From: an uncultured Chloroflexia bacterium
GTDB lineage: Bacteria; Chloroflexota; Limnocylindria; Limnocylindrales; CSP1-4
NCBI GenBank assembly: GCA_963716025.1
Contig: CAVQSY010000050.1
Coordinates: forward strand, 115,632 to 179,631
DNA: 64,000 bases
Direction of reading: 5' to 3'
Shown here: positions 19,726-30,083 of the stretch, piece by piece
Layout: the number at the start of each line of letters is the position of its first letter
Position numbering within the stretch: the first letter of the stretch is position 1
The notes under the pieces: generated by a model
The model's input: the letters and a program-made list of their open reading frames with translations, nothing else
What the model was told of the DNA's origin: nothing
The model's database searches: none
Program-made: the position numbers and the translations under genes

Positions 19726-21057
19726 ATGACCGAAATCCTCACCGAATCGTTCTGCGAGCGGTGCGGCACGCGTTACACATTCGAGACGGCCGCGCCCCGC
19801 AAATCGCGCATCGGGCGCGTCAAGGTGATGTCCAGGGGCCTGCGGAACTACGTCCTGCAGGATGAGAGCACCCTGAGCGAGGCCATGGCCGACGCGCGCT
19901 CCGAGGAGGAGCGTGCCGCGACGTCGCATCAGCTTGATGCCTTCCACCAGACCTTCAACTTCTGCATGACCTGCCGGCAGTACACGTGCGGCAACTGCTG
20001 GAACGACGTCGAGAGCCGCTGCCTCACGTGCTCGCCGTTGCCGGAGGCCGAGGCGGAGGTCACCCCGCCGGCATCGATCGCCCAAGCGGCAGCGAACCAG
20101 CCAGCGCCGCCGATCGTCGTGGTTGGCGCCCCGGAGGCCGATGCTGCACCGGAGAGCTGGCCCGAGGCCGACCTCTCGCCTGACCGGCCGGTGCGGGATG
20201 CGGGCGCATCCGAGGCAGCGTCCGCCCCCTCCTCGCAGCCGCACGCACACGGGCTCGCCCCCGGGCAGACCCTCGAGGATGCCGTCGCGGAGTACGAAGC
20301 CCAGCTCGCGGCCGAAGAGGACGCCGTGCTCGAGGCGATTGCGGCGGCGGCGGAGCCCGAGCCCGAGCCCGAGCCGGTGGCGGCGGCGGAGCCCGAGCCC
20401 GAGCCGGTCGCGGCGGCGGAGCCCGAGCCCGAGCCCGAGCCGGTGGCGGCGGCGGAGCCCGAGCCCGAGCCGGTGGCGGCGGCGGAGCCCGAGCCCGAGC
20501 CGGTGGCGGCGGCGGAGCCCGAGCCCGAGCCGGTGGCGGCGGCGGAGCCCGAGCCGGTCGCGGCGGCGGCGGAGCCCGAGCCCGAGCCCGAGCCGGTCGC
20601 GGCGGCGGAGCCCGAGCCCGAGCCCGAGCCGGTCGCGGCGGCGCGAGACGACATCATCGTGCAGCCGACCTGGCCGATGGAGCCACCGAACGCCCCAGAG
20701 CCCGAGCCTGCTCGCCAGCCCGAACCCGCTGCCCCGGGTGCGAACCCCTGGCTCACCGTCGCGCCCGACGACGGCTCGGCCGAACCGCAGTGGCCGATTG
20801 CCCCCACCTGGGCACGCTCCGCCCGATCCGACACGCCGTCGACGCTCGCCGGCCATCAACTCCTGCCGCGGGACGATGCTGCCGCGCTCTGGGCGGCCTC
20901 GGCGCGCGAGGTCCTCGGCGGAGGACTCGGTGGCCCGCTTGCCCCAACCGCCGACCCGACGCCGGCCACGCCTCAGCCCTGCGTGCAGTGTGGGCTGTCG
21001 CTGTCGGCCAACGCCCGGTTCTGCCGCCGCTGCGGCACCCGCCAGGGCAGACCCTAG
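19726..21057 (+). CDS. double zinc-ribbon protein with a long acidic (EP)n-VAAA repeat linker
   Basis: 443 aa. N-terminal CERCG...[17 protein letters not shown] and C-terminal CVQCG..CRRCG. Central low-complexity repeat. Divergent from fhaA. Confidence 0.7.
   Translation: MTEILTESFCERCGTRYTFETAAPRKSRIGRVKVMSRGLRNYVLQDESTLSEAMADARSEEERAATSHQLDAFHQTFNFCMTCRQYTCGNCWNDVESRCLTCSPLPEAEAEVTPPASIAQAAANQPAPPIVVVGAPEADAAPESWPEADLSPDRPVRDAGASEAASAPSSQPHAHGLAPGQTLEDAVAEYEAQLAAEEDAVLEAIAAAAEPEPEPEPVAAAEPEPEPVAAAEPEPEPEPVAAAEPEPEPVAAAEPEPEPVAAAEPEPEPVAAAEPEPVAAAAEPEPEPEPVAAAEPEPEPEPVAAARDDIIVQPTWPMEPPNAPEPEPARQPEPAAPGANPWLTVAPDDGSAEPQWPIAPTWARSARSDTPSTLAGHQLLPRDDAAALWAASAREVLGGGLGGPLAPTADPTPATPQPCVQCGLSLSANARFCRRCGTRQGRP
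20341..20643 (+). repeat. in-frame tandem repeat, units of 24/30/36 bp (gcggcggcggagcccgagcccgagccggtS), about 9-10 copies
   Basis: Directly visible in the sequence. Encodes AAAEPEPEP(EP)V repeats inside CDS 19726..21057. Confidence 0.9.
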
Positions 21058-21968
21058 TCCGCGCCTCCCGCGTCCTGACCGGTCCTCCACCGGACACGAG
21101 TCCACGATGCGCCCAGCAGGAGGAGGTTCAGGCTGATCGACAGCCAGGCGAGGAGCGCGAACAGCGCGACGAAGGTGCCGTAGATGGCCGCGACGCCTGT
21201 GAGCCGTGGCGCGATCCACGTGAACAGCTGTGCGAAGGCCGCCAGGATCAGCCCGACCAGGACTGCCGGCGGGACCATGGCGCCACGCGGCGGCGGCTCG
21301 CCGGGCACAAAGCGGTAGACGACGATCGTCCCACCGCCGAACACGACCAGCGACCCCAGGGGCGTCGCGAGCTGCCACAGGGTGCGGGCGACCCCCTGGA
21401 TCTCCGACCCGCCGGGCGCAAGGTCGAGGACCCAGCTGACGAGCGATCCGAGGACCAGCGCCACGAGCGGCATGGCGACCAGGATGACAGTCAGGAGCAC
21501 GCCGCGGACCGTCCGTTCGAGCTCGTTGCGCGTGGGAGCGCTCCGGAAGATCCGGCTGAAGGCGTTGTCCATGGCCGAGTAGAACCGGCTTGACCCCCAC
21601 AGCAGGCCGACGATGCCGATGATGCTCGAGGGCAGGGCGTCCCGCGAGACCTGCTCGAAGGCAACCTGTGCCACGTCCTCGAGCGGGGGCACGGCTTGTC
21701 CGATCGCGCCCACGATGAAGTCCCGCTGCTCTGGGTCGTGAACCCAGAACCCGACAGCCGACACGAGCAGGAGGAGGCCGGGGAGCAGGGCCAGCAGCGA
21801 CGTGTAGGCCAGGCCTGCGGACAACAGCCCGCCACCCGCGCGACTGTAGGTGTCCAGCGTGGCCACGAGGACCCGGACCGCCGGGATCTGACCCACCAGC
21901 GCGGCGAGCCTGGCTCCACGTGCGCGCAACTGCGCCACCGGCCCGCTGATCCCCGAGAACCGGCTCAC
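21054..21968 (-). CDS. YihY/BrkB family membrane protein
   Basis: 304 aa. [22 protein letters not shown] and a multi-TM layout typical of the YihY family. GTG start. Confidence 0.85.
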   Translation of the reverse strand: MSRFSGISGPVAQLRARGARLAALVGQIPAVRVLVATLDTYSRAGGGLLSAGLAYTSLLALLPGLLLLVSAVGFWVHDPEQRDFIVGAIGQAVPPLEDVAQVAFEQVSRDALPSSIIGIVGLLWGSSRFYSAMDNAFSRIFRSAPTRNELERTVRGVLLTVILVAMPLVALVLGSLVSWVLDLAPGGSEIQGVARTLWQLATPLGSLVVFGGGTIVVYRFVPGEPPPRGAMVPPAVLVGLILAAFAQLFTWIAPRLTGVAAIYGTFVALFALLAWLSISLNLLLLGASWTRVRWRTGQDAGGAD

Positions 21969-21972
21969 GGCG

Positions 21973-22213
21973 TCAGCTGTCCAGGTCCCCGAACAGGCCG
22001 GGCTGCAGCTCCTCGGCGGCGATGCGGCGGGGCGCCATGATCAGCGCCTTCACCTCGCCGCGACGGACATAGCGTCGGCCGCCGAGCTTGATGCTCGACA
22101 GGCGGCCGGTCCGCGCCCAGCTGCCAATCGTCTCGGGGCGGAAATGGATGTTGGCCGCGGCGAGAATCTCCTGCCGCTTCCGTCAGCGTGATCCAGTCGG
22201 CGGCAGATGGCAT
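21973..22213 (-). pseudogene. excisionase/MerR-type helix-turn-helix DNA-binding protein, frame interrupted once
   Basis: ATG 22213 (MPSAADWITLTEAA) continues in another frame as EILAAANIHFRPETIGSWARTGRLSSIKLGGRRYVRRGEVKALI...DLDS*. Break at ~22170. Stop lies 4 nt before the yihY start. Confidence 0.6.
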
Positions 22214-22223
22214 GCTCGGTGCC

Positions 22224-22649
22224 TCATTCAGTCGTGTTCGGGTTGCCGGAGCTGGTCGAAACCGCCGGCGGCGATTCGCGCGATGACGAACCGTCCCGGG
22301 TGCCGCCCTTGACCGCATCCCGGGGGCCTTTGCCGGCTTCGTCGCGTGCGCGCTCGCTCGCTCCGTCACGCGTGTGCTCGCTCGCTCCGTCACGGGCTTG
22401 GTCGCTCGTCGCGTTGCTGTCCCCGTCCCCCGAGGACGACCTGGCGGTTGCGCGGGTCATCGTGGAGCTGCCACGGTCCTTCTTGGCCCACCCGGAGCCC
22501 TTGAAGTGAACCGCGGGGGCCGCGAACTGCTTGCGCATGGTCCCCTCGGCCCCACAGGAGGGGCAGAAGTTCGGGCCGGGATCGTTGATCCCGTGGAGGA
22601 TGTCCGCGCGGTGGTCGCACGCAGAGCAGAGGTAGTCGTAGACAGGCAT
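22224..22649 (-). CDS. FmdB-family zinc-ribbon protein with a disordered charged tail
   Basis: MPVYDYLCSACDH...FCPSCG is a CxxC...CxxC ribbon. The tail contains an RDGASE(H/R) duplication, a 21-bp direct repeat at about 22350-22395. Confidence 0.75.
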   Translation of the reverse strand: MPVYDYLCSACDHRADILHGINDPGPNFCPSCGAEGTMRKQFAAPAVHFKGSGWAKKDRGSSTMTRATARSSSGDGDSNATSDQARDGASEHTRDGASERARDEAGKGPRDAVKGGTRDGSSSRESPPAVSTSSGNPNTTE

Positions 22650-22704
22650 CGATGGTCTCTCCGAGGGCCGAGGCGCCGCTCCCGCGAGACACCGGCCTGA
22701 GGAT

Positions 22705-23457
22705 TTAGCCGCGGAGCAGCCGCATCCCGCACTTGGGACAGTAGAACGCACGCTCGTGACCGGACGCGAAGCCACAGTGCGCACAGACCAGGCCCCCGCG
22801 ACCCGCCGCCGGCACCGGCCGGTCGACAGTAGTGATCCCCATCGCGTACTGGCTGGCAAGGATGTTGGTCAGGATGCCGCCCAGAATGCGCGAGGCGGTC
22901 CGGTCCGTGTCACCGCGAACCCCCTTGCCACCCCAGCCGACGACACCCCGGACGACCATGTCGCCGGTCGCCTCGTCCCAGTGGGAGGCGAGCCCGCCGA
23001 CAACAGCGCTGTAGTCGGGGTAGCCGGAGGTGTCGGTCTCACCGTCAAGCAGCGAGCACACCAACGTGTCAAAAGCCAGGTCAACCGCGTCGATCGACTC
23101 GAGGACCACGAGCGCGTGCCGGGTGACGGGGCTCAGCTCGTGATGGGCATTGAGCCATTGCATCGCCTCGGACGGGCGCGCGATCACGGGCACGGCCTGC
23201 GCGAACTCGAGCGGGAGCGGCTCGACGACCTCGACCGGGTGGCGGGTCAGCCCCTCGAGCATCTGCGGAAGCTCGTCCATCGCATGTCCGCCGCCCGCTC
23301 GCAGCCGGACGCCCTCCGTGCTCTTGCCCGCGTAATAGAGCTTGAGCAGGTAGTCCTGGGCAACGACCTCCTCCGGCAGCCCGACCGGCTGGGCCGGCTT
23401 GCGGGCAGCGTTTGGCTTGTCGGAATCGCCCTTTCGCTTCAGGAACTCGAGGGGCAC
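22705..23457 (-). CDS. hypothetical protein with a C-terminal zinc ribbon
   Basis: 250 aa. C-terminus CAHCG..(11)..CPKCG. The N-terminal ~210 aa match no family I recognise. First gene of a same-strand string with the FmdB, HTH and YihY genes. Confidence 0.55.
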   Translation of the reverse strand: MPLEFLKRKGDSDKPNAARKPAQPVGLPEEVVAQDYLLKLYYAGKSTEGVRLRAGGGHAMDELPQMLEGLTRHPVEVVEPLPLEFAQAVPVIARPSEAMQWLNAHHELSPVTRHALVVLESIDAVDLAFDTLVCSLLDGETDTSGYPDYSAVVGGLASHWDEATGDMVVRGVVGWGGKGVRGDTDRTASRILGGILTNILASQYAMGITTVDRPVPAAGRGGLVCAHCGFASGHERAFYCPKCGMRLLRG

Positions 23458-23520
23458 GGCGTCCTCCGGGCGACGGCATGGCGGTGATCAGGGTCATCCT
23501 AGCAGCGCCCGCTCGTCCCC

Positions 23521-25563
23521 TCAGCCGTCTGCGGTCATCCGCCGTTCCCGGGTCACCGTGGTGGCGTCGGTGGAGACCAGCCAGCGCACGCCGCGGGCCG
23601 GGATCCCGATCGGAGCCCCGGCATGGTGGACCGATCGGTCGAGCAGATCGATGACCCGGCCGGAAGGCGACGCCGGGAGCAGGGCGGCCGGGACCACCCT
23701 CGCTTCGTCGGCAACGTTGCTGATCGCCACGAGCGGCCCGACCGGATGCTCGCGCCGGAACGCGAACACGGCCGCATCCCCGGGCTCCAGGACATCGAGC
23801 GGCACCGCGGCATGGAGCTGCGGGGCCGAATGCCGGACGGCGATCAGGTGGCGCACGTCTCGATAGATCCGCGCCTCGACGGTCCCACCCCGAAGGCGGC
23901 GCCGCGCGATTTGCCAATCCATCCGCGGCCGATGGAGCCACCGGTTGTCGCCACGATGGTCCGGATCGTCGAGGTACCCGTGGTCGTTGCGAATGCCCAG
24001 CTCGTCGCCCATGTACAGGAGTGGCAGGCCGTCCCAGGCCAGGATGAGCGCGTGCCCGAGGTGGATCCGCTCGATCGCCGCGTCGATGAGCTCCGGGTCA
24101 CGGGCTTCGATCGCGGCCTCGAGGCCGGCGAGGCTGGCGAACGTGCCGCTGATCCGGCTGTCTCCGGTGGACGGCACGTACTGGAACACCGCCCCGCGGG
24201 CAAAGCTCGCGGGATAGCGGCCAGCGTAGAAGTCGGACAGGAAGCTCCGGTGCGAGGGTCCGGCCCATCCGACCGCCTCCGCAGCCTCGTCGACGACCGC
24301 CCAGCCGATGTCGTCGTGGCATCGGACGTAGGTGGCCCAGGCCGTGTTCGAAGGCTTGCGTGGCAGGGCGCCAAGGACGAGCGTGGCAAGACGGGCGTCA
24401 CGCGTTGCCAGGGCGGACCAGAACTGGACCATGAGGCTGTTGTGATAGGCCATGTCCGAGACCCGGCCGTGGTGACGCCCCTCGCCCAGGTAACGCGCCA
24501 GGTCGCCAGGGCCGACGATGGCCTCGGCCTTGAAGATGATCGCAGGGGCCACGATGCGCGCGCACGCCCGCAGGGCCTGGAGCAGGTCGTGGACCTCGGG
24601 CTCGTTCTGGCAGTTGGTGCCGAGGCGCTTCCACATGAACGCCACCGCGTCGAGACGGAACGCATCCACCCCTCGTGCGGCCAGCGCCAGGAGCACATCG
24701 AGCATCTCGAGGAAGACCCTCGGGTTCGACCAGTTCAGGTCCCACTGGAAGGCGTTGAAGGTCGTCCACACCCACCGGCCATCGGGCAGCCGGGTGAAGT
24801 TGCCGGGCGCCGTCTCCGGAAAGGTCTCGGGCAGCGTCCGCTCCCACCGGTCCGGCTCGGTCCGGTCCGGGTAGACGTAGTACATCTCCGCCGCCTCGGG
24901 GTCGCCGGCCGCGGCAGCCACGGCCCACGGGTGCTCGGCGGCCGTGTGGTTGAGGACGAGGTCGATGCACAGGCTCATGCCGCGTTCGCGCAGCCGGTCG
25001 CACAGGCGTTCGAGGTCCTCCATGGTCCCGAGGGCCGGCTCCACCGCGCCATAGTCCGAGACGGCGTACCCGCCATCGGTCTCCCCCGGCCGGCAACGCA
25101 GCAGCGGCATCAGGTGGAGGTAGCGGATGTCCAGGTCGGCGAGGTAGTCGAGGTGCTCCGCCACGCCGGCGAGCGTCCCGCCGAACCGGTCCGCGTAGCA
25201 GACATACCCGATCATTGACGGCTCCTGGAACCAGTCGGGACGGACGCTGCGCTCGAGGTCCTGTGACACCAGCGCCGGTGGCCGTTCCCGGTAGCGGTCC
25301 GCCATGAGCTCGACGAGCGACGCGAGCGTGCTGGCGCCTCGCGGATGGGACCCATAGACGTTGGCCCACGGCTCCGCGAGGTCCGGCCACCAGCGCGCGA
25401 GCCTGATCAGGAACAGCTCGATGTCACGCGCCGCCATGCCTGCCAGCCGCCGGCGCACCACCGCAATGGCGGCTGGCAGGTCAGGAAACGGAACCGGCGA
25501 CCCGGAGGAGGAGTTCCGGGACGCCGGGTTCCGTCTGCTGCGGGACGAAGGTCCGCGCGTCAA
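23521..25563 (-). CDS. GH13 alpha-amylase family enzyme, amylosucrase-like
   Basis: Conserved GH13 regions: DLVLNHTA, GVDAFRLDAVAFMWK, FKAEAIV, YVRCHDDIGW. Start is uncertain: TTG 25563 overlaps the permease stop, with an alternative ATG at 25437. Confidence 0.8.
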   Translation of the reverse strand: MTRGPSSRSRRNPASRNSSSGSPVPFPDLPAAIAVVRRRLAGMAARDIELFLIRLARWWPDLAEPWANVYGSHPRGASTLASLVELMADRYRERPPALVSQDLERSVRPDWFQEPSMIGYVCYADRFGGTLAGVAEHLDYLADLDIRYLHLMPLLRCRPGETDGGYAVSDYGAVEPALGTMEDLERLCDRLRERGMSLCIDLVLNHTAAEHPWAVAAAAGDPEAAEMYYVYPDRTEPDRWERTLPETFPETAPGNFTRLPDGRWVWTTFNAFQWDLNWSNPRVFLEMLDVLLALAARGVDAFRLDAVAFMWKRLGTNCQNEPEVHDLLQALRACARIVAPAIIFKAEAIVGPGDLARYLGEGRHHGRVSDMAYHNSLMVQFWSALATRDARLATLVLGALPRKPSNTAWATYVRCHDDIGWAVVDEAAEAVGWAGPSHRSFLSDFYAGRYPASFARGAVFQYVPSTGDSRISGTFASLAGLEAAIEARDPELIDAAIERIHLGHALILAWDGLPLLYMGDELGIRNDHGYLDDPDHRGDNRWLHRPRMDWQIARRRLRGGTVEARIYRDVRHLIAVRHSAPQLHAAVPLDVLEPGDAAVFAFRREHPVGPLVAISNVADEARVVPAALLPASPSGRVIDLLDRSVHHAGAPIGIPARGVRWLVSTDATTVTRERRMTADG

Positions 25564-26429
25564 CCCTTGACCGAGCCGGCGAGCAGCCCCCGCACGAAGT
25601 AGCGCTGCAGGCCGAGGAATACGGCCACGGGAACGACCATCGAGACGAACGCCCCGGCCGTGAGCAGCTGCCAGTCCTGGCCCTTGGTGCCGGTCATGGA
25701 CACCAGGCGCTGGGTCATGACCGCCACGTCAGCGCTGGTGCCCAGGAAGGTCGCCGCCACCAGCAGGTCGTTCCAGACCCACAGGAACTGGAAGATCGCG
25801 AATGACGCGAGCGCGGGCATGGACAGGGGCAGGACCAGACGGGTGAACGTCGTGAAGTGCGAGGCCCCATCGATCGCGGCCGACTCCATGAGGTCCTTGG
25901 GAAGCTGGCTGATGTAGTTGTAGAGCAGGTAGGTGGCCAGGGCCAGACCGAACCCCGCGTGCGCCAGCCAGACCGCCAGGAAGGTGCCATTGAGATCGAT
26001 CAGGAGGTAGGTCTTGAGCACGGGGATCAGCGCGATCTGGAGCGGCACCACCAGCAGGGCGACGACCGTGATGAACAGGATCCGTCGACCCGGGAACTGC
26101 ATCCAGGCAAACCCGTAGGCAGCGAAAGCCGCGATGAGGATCGGGATGGCGACGGCCGGGACCGTCACCGCGAGCGTGTTGAGGAAGGCCGTCGCCAGAC
26201 CGTCGCCGCCGAACAGGACCTTGTCGTAGTTGTCGAGCGTGAAGCCGCCCTGCCCAAACGCCGACCACCAGCCCGAGTTGGAGATTGCCTGCTTGTCACG
26301 GAACGAGGTGACGAACAGGCCGATGGTTGGCACCGTCCAGACCACGATCAGGAACAGCACCGTGATGTTGATGGCCACGCGCGACCAGGTGATCCTTCGC
26401 ATCACATCGCCCTCAGATCGCCCGGCCAC
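25560..26429 (-). CDS. carbohydrate ABC transporter permease (MalG-like)
   Basis: 289 aa, 6 TM. EAA-type loop ESAAIDGASHFTTFTRLVLP. Confidence 0.88.
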   Translation of the reverse strand: MAGRSEGDVMRRITWSRVAINITVLFLIVVWTVPTIGLFVTSFRDKQAISNSGWWSAFGQGGFTLDNYDKVLFGGDGLATAFLNTLAVTVPAVAIPILIAAFAAYGFAWMQFPGRRILFITVVALLVVPLQIALIPVLKTYLLIDLNGTFLAVWLAHAGFGLALATYLLYNYISQLPKDLMESAAIDGASHFTTFTRLVLPLSMPALASFAIFQFLWVWNDLLVAATFLGTSADVAVMTQRLVSMTGTKGQDWQLLTAGAFVSMVVPVAVFLGLQRYFVRGLLAGSVKG

Positions 26430-27522
26430 GGAATTGCCGGAGGTTGTACCAGATCACGGGGGTCACGGCGACCAGGAGGATCACCGCCAGCGCGGCGCCC
26501 CGTCCGGAGTCGAGGAAGATGAATGCCTGTTTCCACATCAGGGTCGCGATGACCTGGGTATTGAAGTTGCCGTTGGTCATCGCGGTGACGATGTCGTAGA
26601 TCTTCAGGGTCAGGATCGCGATCGTCGTCGCCACCGTCACGATCGTTGGCCAGATCGTGGGCACGACGAGCTTGCGGAACGCCTGCCACTCGCTTGCACC
26701 GTCGATCCGTCCGGCCTCGAGCATCTCCTCGGGCACGCCTTTGAGGGCCGCGGAGATGATCACCATGGCGAAACCGGTCTGGCCCCAGATCAGGATCACG
26801 ATCAGGAGGATCGTGTTGAGGGGCTCGCCGGTCAGCCACGAGACCGGCGAGATGCCAACCGAGCCCAGGATGGCGTTGAGCAGCCCGATCTGGGGCTGGC
26901 CCTCCGGCTGGTAGGACAGGACGAAGCGCCAGATCACGCTGGCGCCGACGAACGAGATCGCCATCGGCAGGAAGATGAGCGTCTTGGCCAGGCGATCCAG
27001 CCTCGAGCGCTCCACCAGCACGGCGACCGCCAGCCCGAGCCCGGTGCTGATCACCGTCCCGAACACCAGCCACAGCACGTTGTTGCGGATCGCCGTGACC
27101 ATCTCGGGATTGCTGAACGAGTAGACGTAGTTGTCGACACCGACGAACTCCGACCCGTTGGCGTTGAACAGGCTCGACCAGGCCGTGATGGCGGCCGGAA
27201 CCAGGAGGTAGAACGCGAGGATGGCCACCGCCGGCCCCACGAACACGAAAGGCAGGATCCGCCGACGCCAGGCATACGGCAGCTTCTCGGTCAGCCAGTT
27301 CGCGACGACGTAGAGCATGGCGACGCCGCCGATGCCCCACACGATCGCCACCGCGACGATGACGAGCTTCGGCGCGCCGCTGTCCCGCAGGAACAGGAAG
27401 CCGGCCCACAGGACGATGAACGCGATGACGGGGACGAAGATCGAGACGACCACCCGGCCGACGCCGGTCACAAGCACCCGGCCGATCCCGGTCGACGGCC
27501 CCGCGGCACTAGCCTGTTGCAT
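26413..27522 (-). CDS. carbohydrate ABC transporter permease (MalF-like)
   Basis: 369 aa. EAA loop EAGRIDGASEWQAFRKLVVP. Overlaps the next permease. Confidence 0.88.
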   Translation of the reverse strand: MQQASAAGPSTGIGRVLVTGVGRVVVSIFVPVIAFIVLWAGFLFLRDSGAPKLVIVAVAIVWGIGGVAMLYVVANWLTEKLPYAWRRRILPFVFVGPAVAILAFYLLVPAAITAWSSLFNANGSEFVGVDNYVYSFSNPEMVTAIRNNVLWLVFGTVISTGLGLAVAVLVERSRLDRLAKTLIFLPMAISFVGASVIWRFVLSYQPEGQPQIGLLNAILGSVGISPVSWLTGEPLNTILLIVILIWGQTGFAMVIISAALKGVPEEMLEAGRIDGASEWQAFRKLVVPTIWPTIVTVATTIAILTLKIYDIVTAMTNGNFNTQVIATLMWKQAFIFLDSGRGAALAVILLVAVTPVIWYNLRQFRGRAI

Positions 27523-27608
27523 CCCTCGGCTCCTCCTCCCGCGAGTGCACCGGCGGATCAGCAGTGGCGGAGCCGCCGGTGGGGCCCCGCCACTTGCCTA
27601 CGACAGAT

Positions 27609-28912
27609 CTACTTGGGCCAGCTGGCCGCGATGTTGCTGAGGGCCGTGTCCAGGTCCTCGCTTCCGGTCAACACCCGGATGGGCTCCGTCCAGAACGTGC
27701 CCGATCCGACGGCCTTCGGCATGGCATCGCCGCCGTCGAAGCGGACGAACGCCGCGTCGACGATCGACTGGGCGAACGCCTTGTCGAGCTCCGACGAGTA
27801 GAGCGAGACATCCTGGGTCTTGTACGGGAACAGGGCGCCACCCGCCTGCTGCCAGGCGGTGCCGGACTCGGGGTCGTGAGGAACTTGAGGAACGCCCAGA
27901 TCTCGGGGCGATCCGCGAACGCGACGGCCTGGTCACCGCCGACCTCGGCGGGGGTGCCGATCGCCGGATCCGTCGCCGGGAGGGTGAACACGCCGACCCG
28001 GTTGTCGAGGTCCGCCTGCACGTCTTCCGGGAAGAACGTGGTGATGAAGTTGCCCTGGTTCGTCAGCAGGCACTTGGGCGGATCGTCGAAGGCCGCCTTG
28101 GGCGCCTCGCCGAACGCCGTCTGCACGATGTACTCCGGCCCGCCGTAGACGTAGTCCGGGTTCATCCAGATGTCCAGCACGCGCTGGAAGGCGGCCTTCA
28201 CGCTGGGGTCCGTGAACGGCGTCGTGCCGGCGACCCAGGCGTCGTACCCCTCGGCACCGACGGTCCGGAGCATGACCTCCTCGACCCAGTCGGTGAACGG
28301 CCAGCCGGTGCCGGAGCCGGACTCGATGCCGACGCACCACGGCGGGGTGCCGTCCGCGACCATCGTGTCCATCAGGGTGAGCATCTCGTCCCAGGTCGTG
28401 GGCGCGGTGTACCCGTTGGCGTCCCAGACGGCCTTCGGGTAGAAGACGAGGCCCTTGAGGTTGACGCGGTGGAAGACGCCATAGACCTGGCCGTCGTCCG
28501 CCGTCCCGACCTCCTTCCAGCCGGGGCCGTAGTTGGCATCGATCGACGCGATGACGTCAGCCGGGACCGGGAACAGCTTCCCGTCGGTCGCGAAGGTCTT
28601 CATGAGGCCGGGCTGCGGGAGCAGCGCGACGTCAGGCGTGTTGCCGGCGGCCGCCTGCACGACGATCGCCTGCTCGAAGGTCTTGTCCCCGTTGTAGGTG
28701 ACGGTGGCGCCGGTGGCGTCCTCGAACGGCTTCACGGCGTCCGCAAAGCGGTCGGCTTCGGCATCGACGAAGGCACCGCTCACGGTGATCGTCTTCCCGG
28801 CCAGGTCGCCGCCGCCGCCATCCGCCGAAGGGGCTGCGGTGTTGCTCGCGCCGCCGCATGCCGCGACCACGAAGATCGCCGACCACAGGCCGACCCACAA
28901 TCGCTTGTTCAT
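27609..28912 (-). pseudogene. sugar ABC transporter substrate-binding lipoprotein, frame interrupted once near the 3' end
   Basis: AGGAGG precedes ATG 28912. Lipobox VVAACGG. After ..FLKFLTTP the protein continues in another frame (SGTAWQQAGGALFPYKTQDV...ALSNIAASWPK*, stop 27609). A base is missing at ~27867. Confidence 0.85.
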
Positions 28913-28980
28913 CTCTCCTCCTGCACAACTTCCGGCGGGTGGGCCGATGACCAGCGAATGCCGGCGCAAACCAGCGTGAC

Positions 28981-28994
28981 TGGAACCGGTTCCA
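28981..28994. promoter_or_regulatory. candidate LacI-family operator, perfect palindrome TGGAACCGGTTCCA
   Basis: 14-bp perfect inverted repeat, 69 nt upstream of the SBP start. Matches the TGnAAnCGnTTnCA class of LacI/GalR operators. Confidence 0.55.
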
Positions 28995-29025
28995 CGACGC
29001 TTCTCGGCCAAGCGTACCAAGTTCG

Positions 29026-30057
29026 TCAAGAGGCAGCAGGCGTGTTGATGAGCTCCTTCTGGCCCGGCGGCGCCGTGGATCGCCGGACGACGAGGCTGAT
29101 GTCCAGGACCTCCCGCAGCGGGTCGGTCGAGATCCCGTCGAGCAGGCGGAGGAGTCGCTCGACGGCGCGAACACCGGACTCGAACAGCGGCTGGTGGACG
29201 GTGGTCAGACCCAGGTGCTCGGCGAGATCGAGGTCATCGTACCCAGTGATGGAGAGGTCCCGGGGCACGCGCAGGCCGAGGGCGGCCGCCGCCTCGAGCG
29301 CGCCTGCCGCCTGCGTGTCGCTCGCGCAGACGATCGCGGTCGGGGGGTCTGACGACGTGAGCATGCGCGTGGCGAGCTCCGCTGCCCGGCGCCGCGAATG
29401 CTCACCGGTCCCGACGAGCGATTGGGGCAGCCGGATCCCGGCGGCCCCCAGGGCGCTGCGCACGCCTGTCAGGCGGAGCCGGCTGGAGGTGAACGCCATC
29501 GCCGTCCGGGAATAGTCTCCCATGAAGGCGATCCGGCGATGGCCAAGCAGGATCACGTGCCGTGCGGCCAGCCGGCCCCCGAGCACGTCATTGCCAACCA
29601 CGCGCGGAAGGGACCGATGGTGGGCATCCACGAGGATCGTCGGCAGCCCTGATCGCTCGATCCGCGCCAGCTCCGACTCGTGGGGCGACAGGGACACGAT
29701 GATCAGGCCATCGACCCGCTCCGGCCGCGGCAGGTCCCGGAACACCGCCTCGCGCCTGCCGGCCGTCTCGATGTTGAACACCAGCGGGTCGTAGTTGGCC
29801 CTCGAGAGCGCCTCCTCGATCCCCCGGAAGCGTTCGACCGCAGACGGGCGGGCCAGGAACGGGATGATCACGGCCACCGTCTGGGTCCGCCGCAGGCTCA
29901 ACCGCCGGGCGGTGTGGCTGGGGACGAAGTCCAGCTCCCGGATCGCCGCCAGGACTCGCTCACGCGTGCCAGGATCGACATTGGCGCGGTCGTTGAGCAC
30001 GCGACTGACGGTGCCCCGGCCGACGCCGGCCAGCCGGGCAACGTCTCCGATGGTCAC
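29026..30057 (-). CDS. LacI family transcriptional regulator
   Basis: GTG 30057 (VTIGDVARLAGVGRGTVSRVLN) gives the HTH, followed by a periplasmic-binding-fold effector domain. The track ORF extends upstream to 30312. Confidence 0.88.
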   Translation of the reverse strand: MTIGDVARLAGVGRGTVSRVLNDRANVDPGTRERVLAAIRELDFVPSHTARRLSLRRTQTVAVIIPFLARPSAVERFRGIEEALSRANYDPLVFNIETAGRREAVFRDLPRPERVDGLIIVSLSPHESELARIERSGLPTILVDAHHRSLPRVVGNDVLGGRLAARHVILLGHRRIAFMGDYSRTAMAFTSSRLRLTGVRSALGAAGIRLPQSLVGTGEHSRRRAAELATRMLTSSDPPTAIVCASDTQAAGALEAAAALGLRVPRDLSITGYDDLDLAEHLGLTTVHQPLFESGVRAVERLLRLLDGISTDPLREVLDISLVVRRSTAPPGQKELINTPAAS

Positions 30058-30083
30058 GCCCACAGCAGTTTTCGCCTCCGTAT

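Noticed and set aside
20341-20643. Possible CRISPR array or minisatellite
   Set aside because: The repeats are contiguous with no unique spacers. The unit length is a multiple of three and in frame with a long ORF. No cas genes are present. This is a coding tandem repeat.
19666-21600. 644-aa minus-strand ORF covering the zinc-ribbon/EP-repeat gene
   Set aside because: This is the antisense reading of the repeat (RLGLGLRRR...) plus shadow sequence. The plus-strand frame has paired CxxC ribbons and a sensible start.
21973-22213. The excisionase-like HTH as a marker of a prophage or integrative element
   Set aside because: No integrase, recombinase, phage structural genes or att-like repeats are visible in the window. 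The gene sits 4 nt upstream of yihY in a housekeeping-looking string, and composition matches the surroundings.
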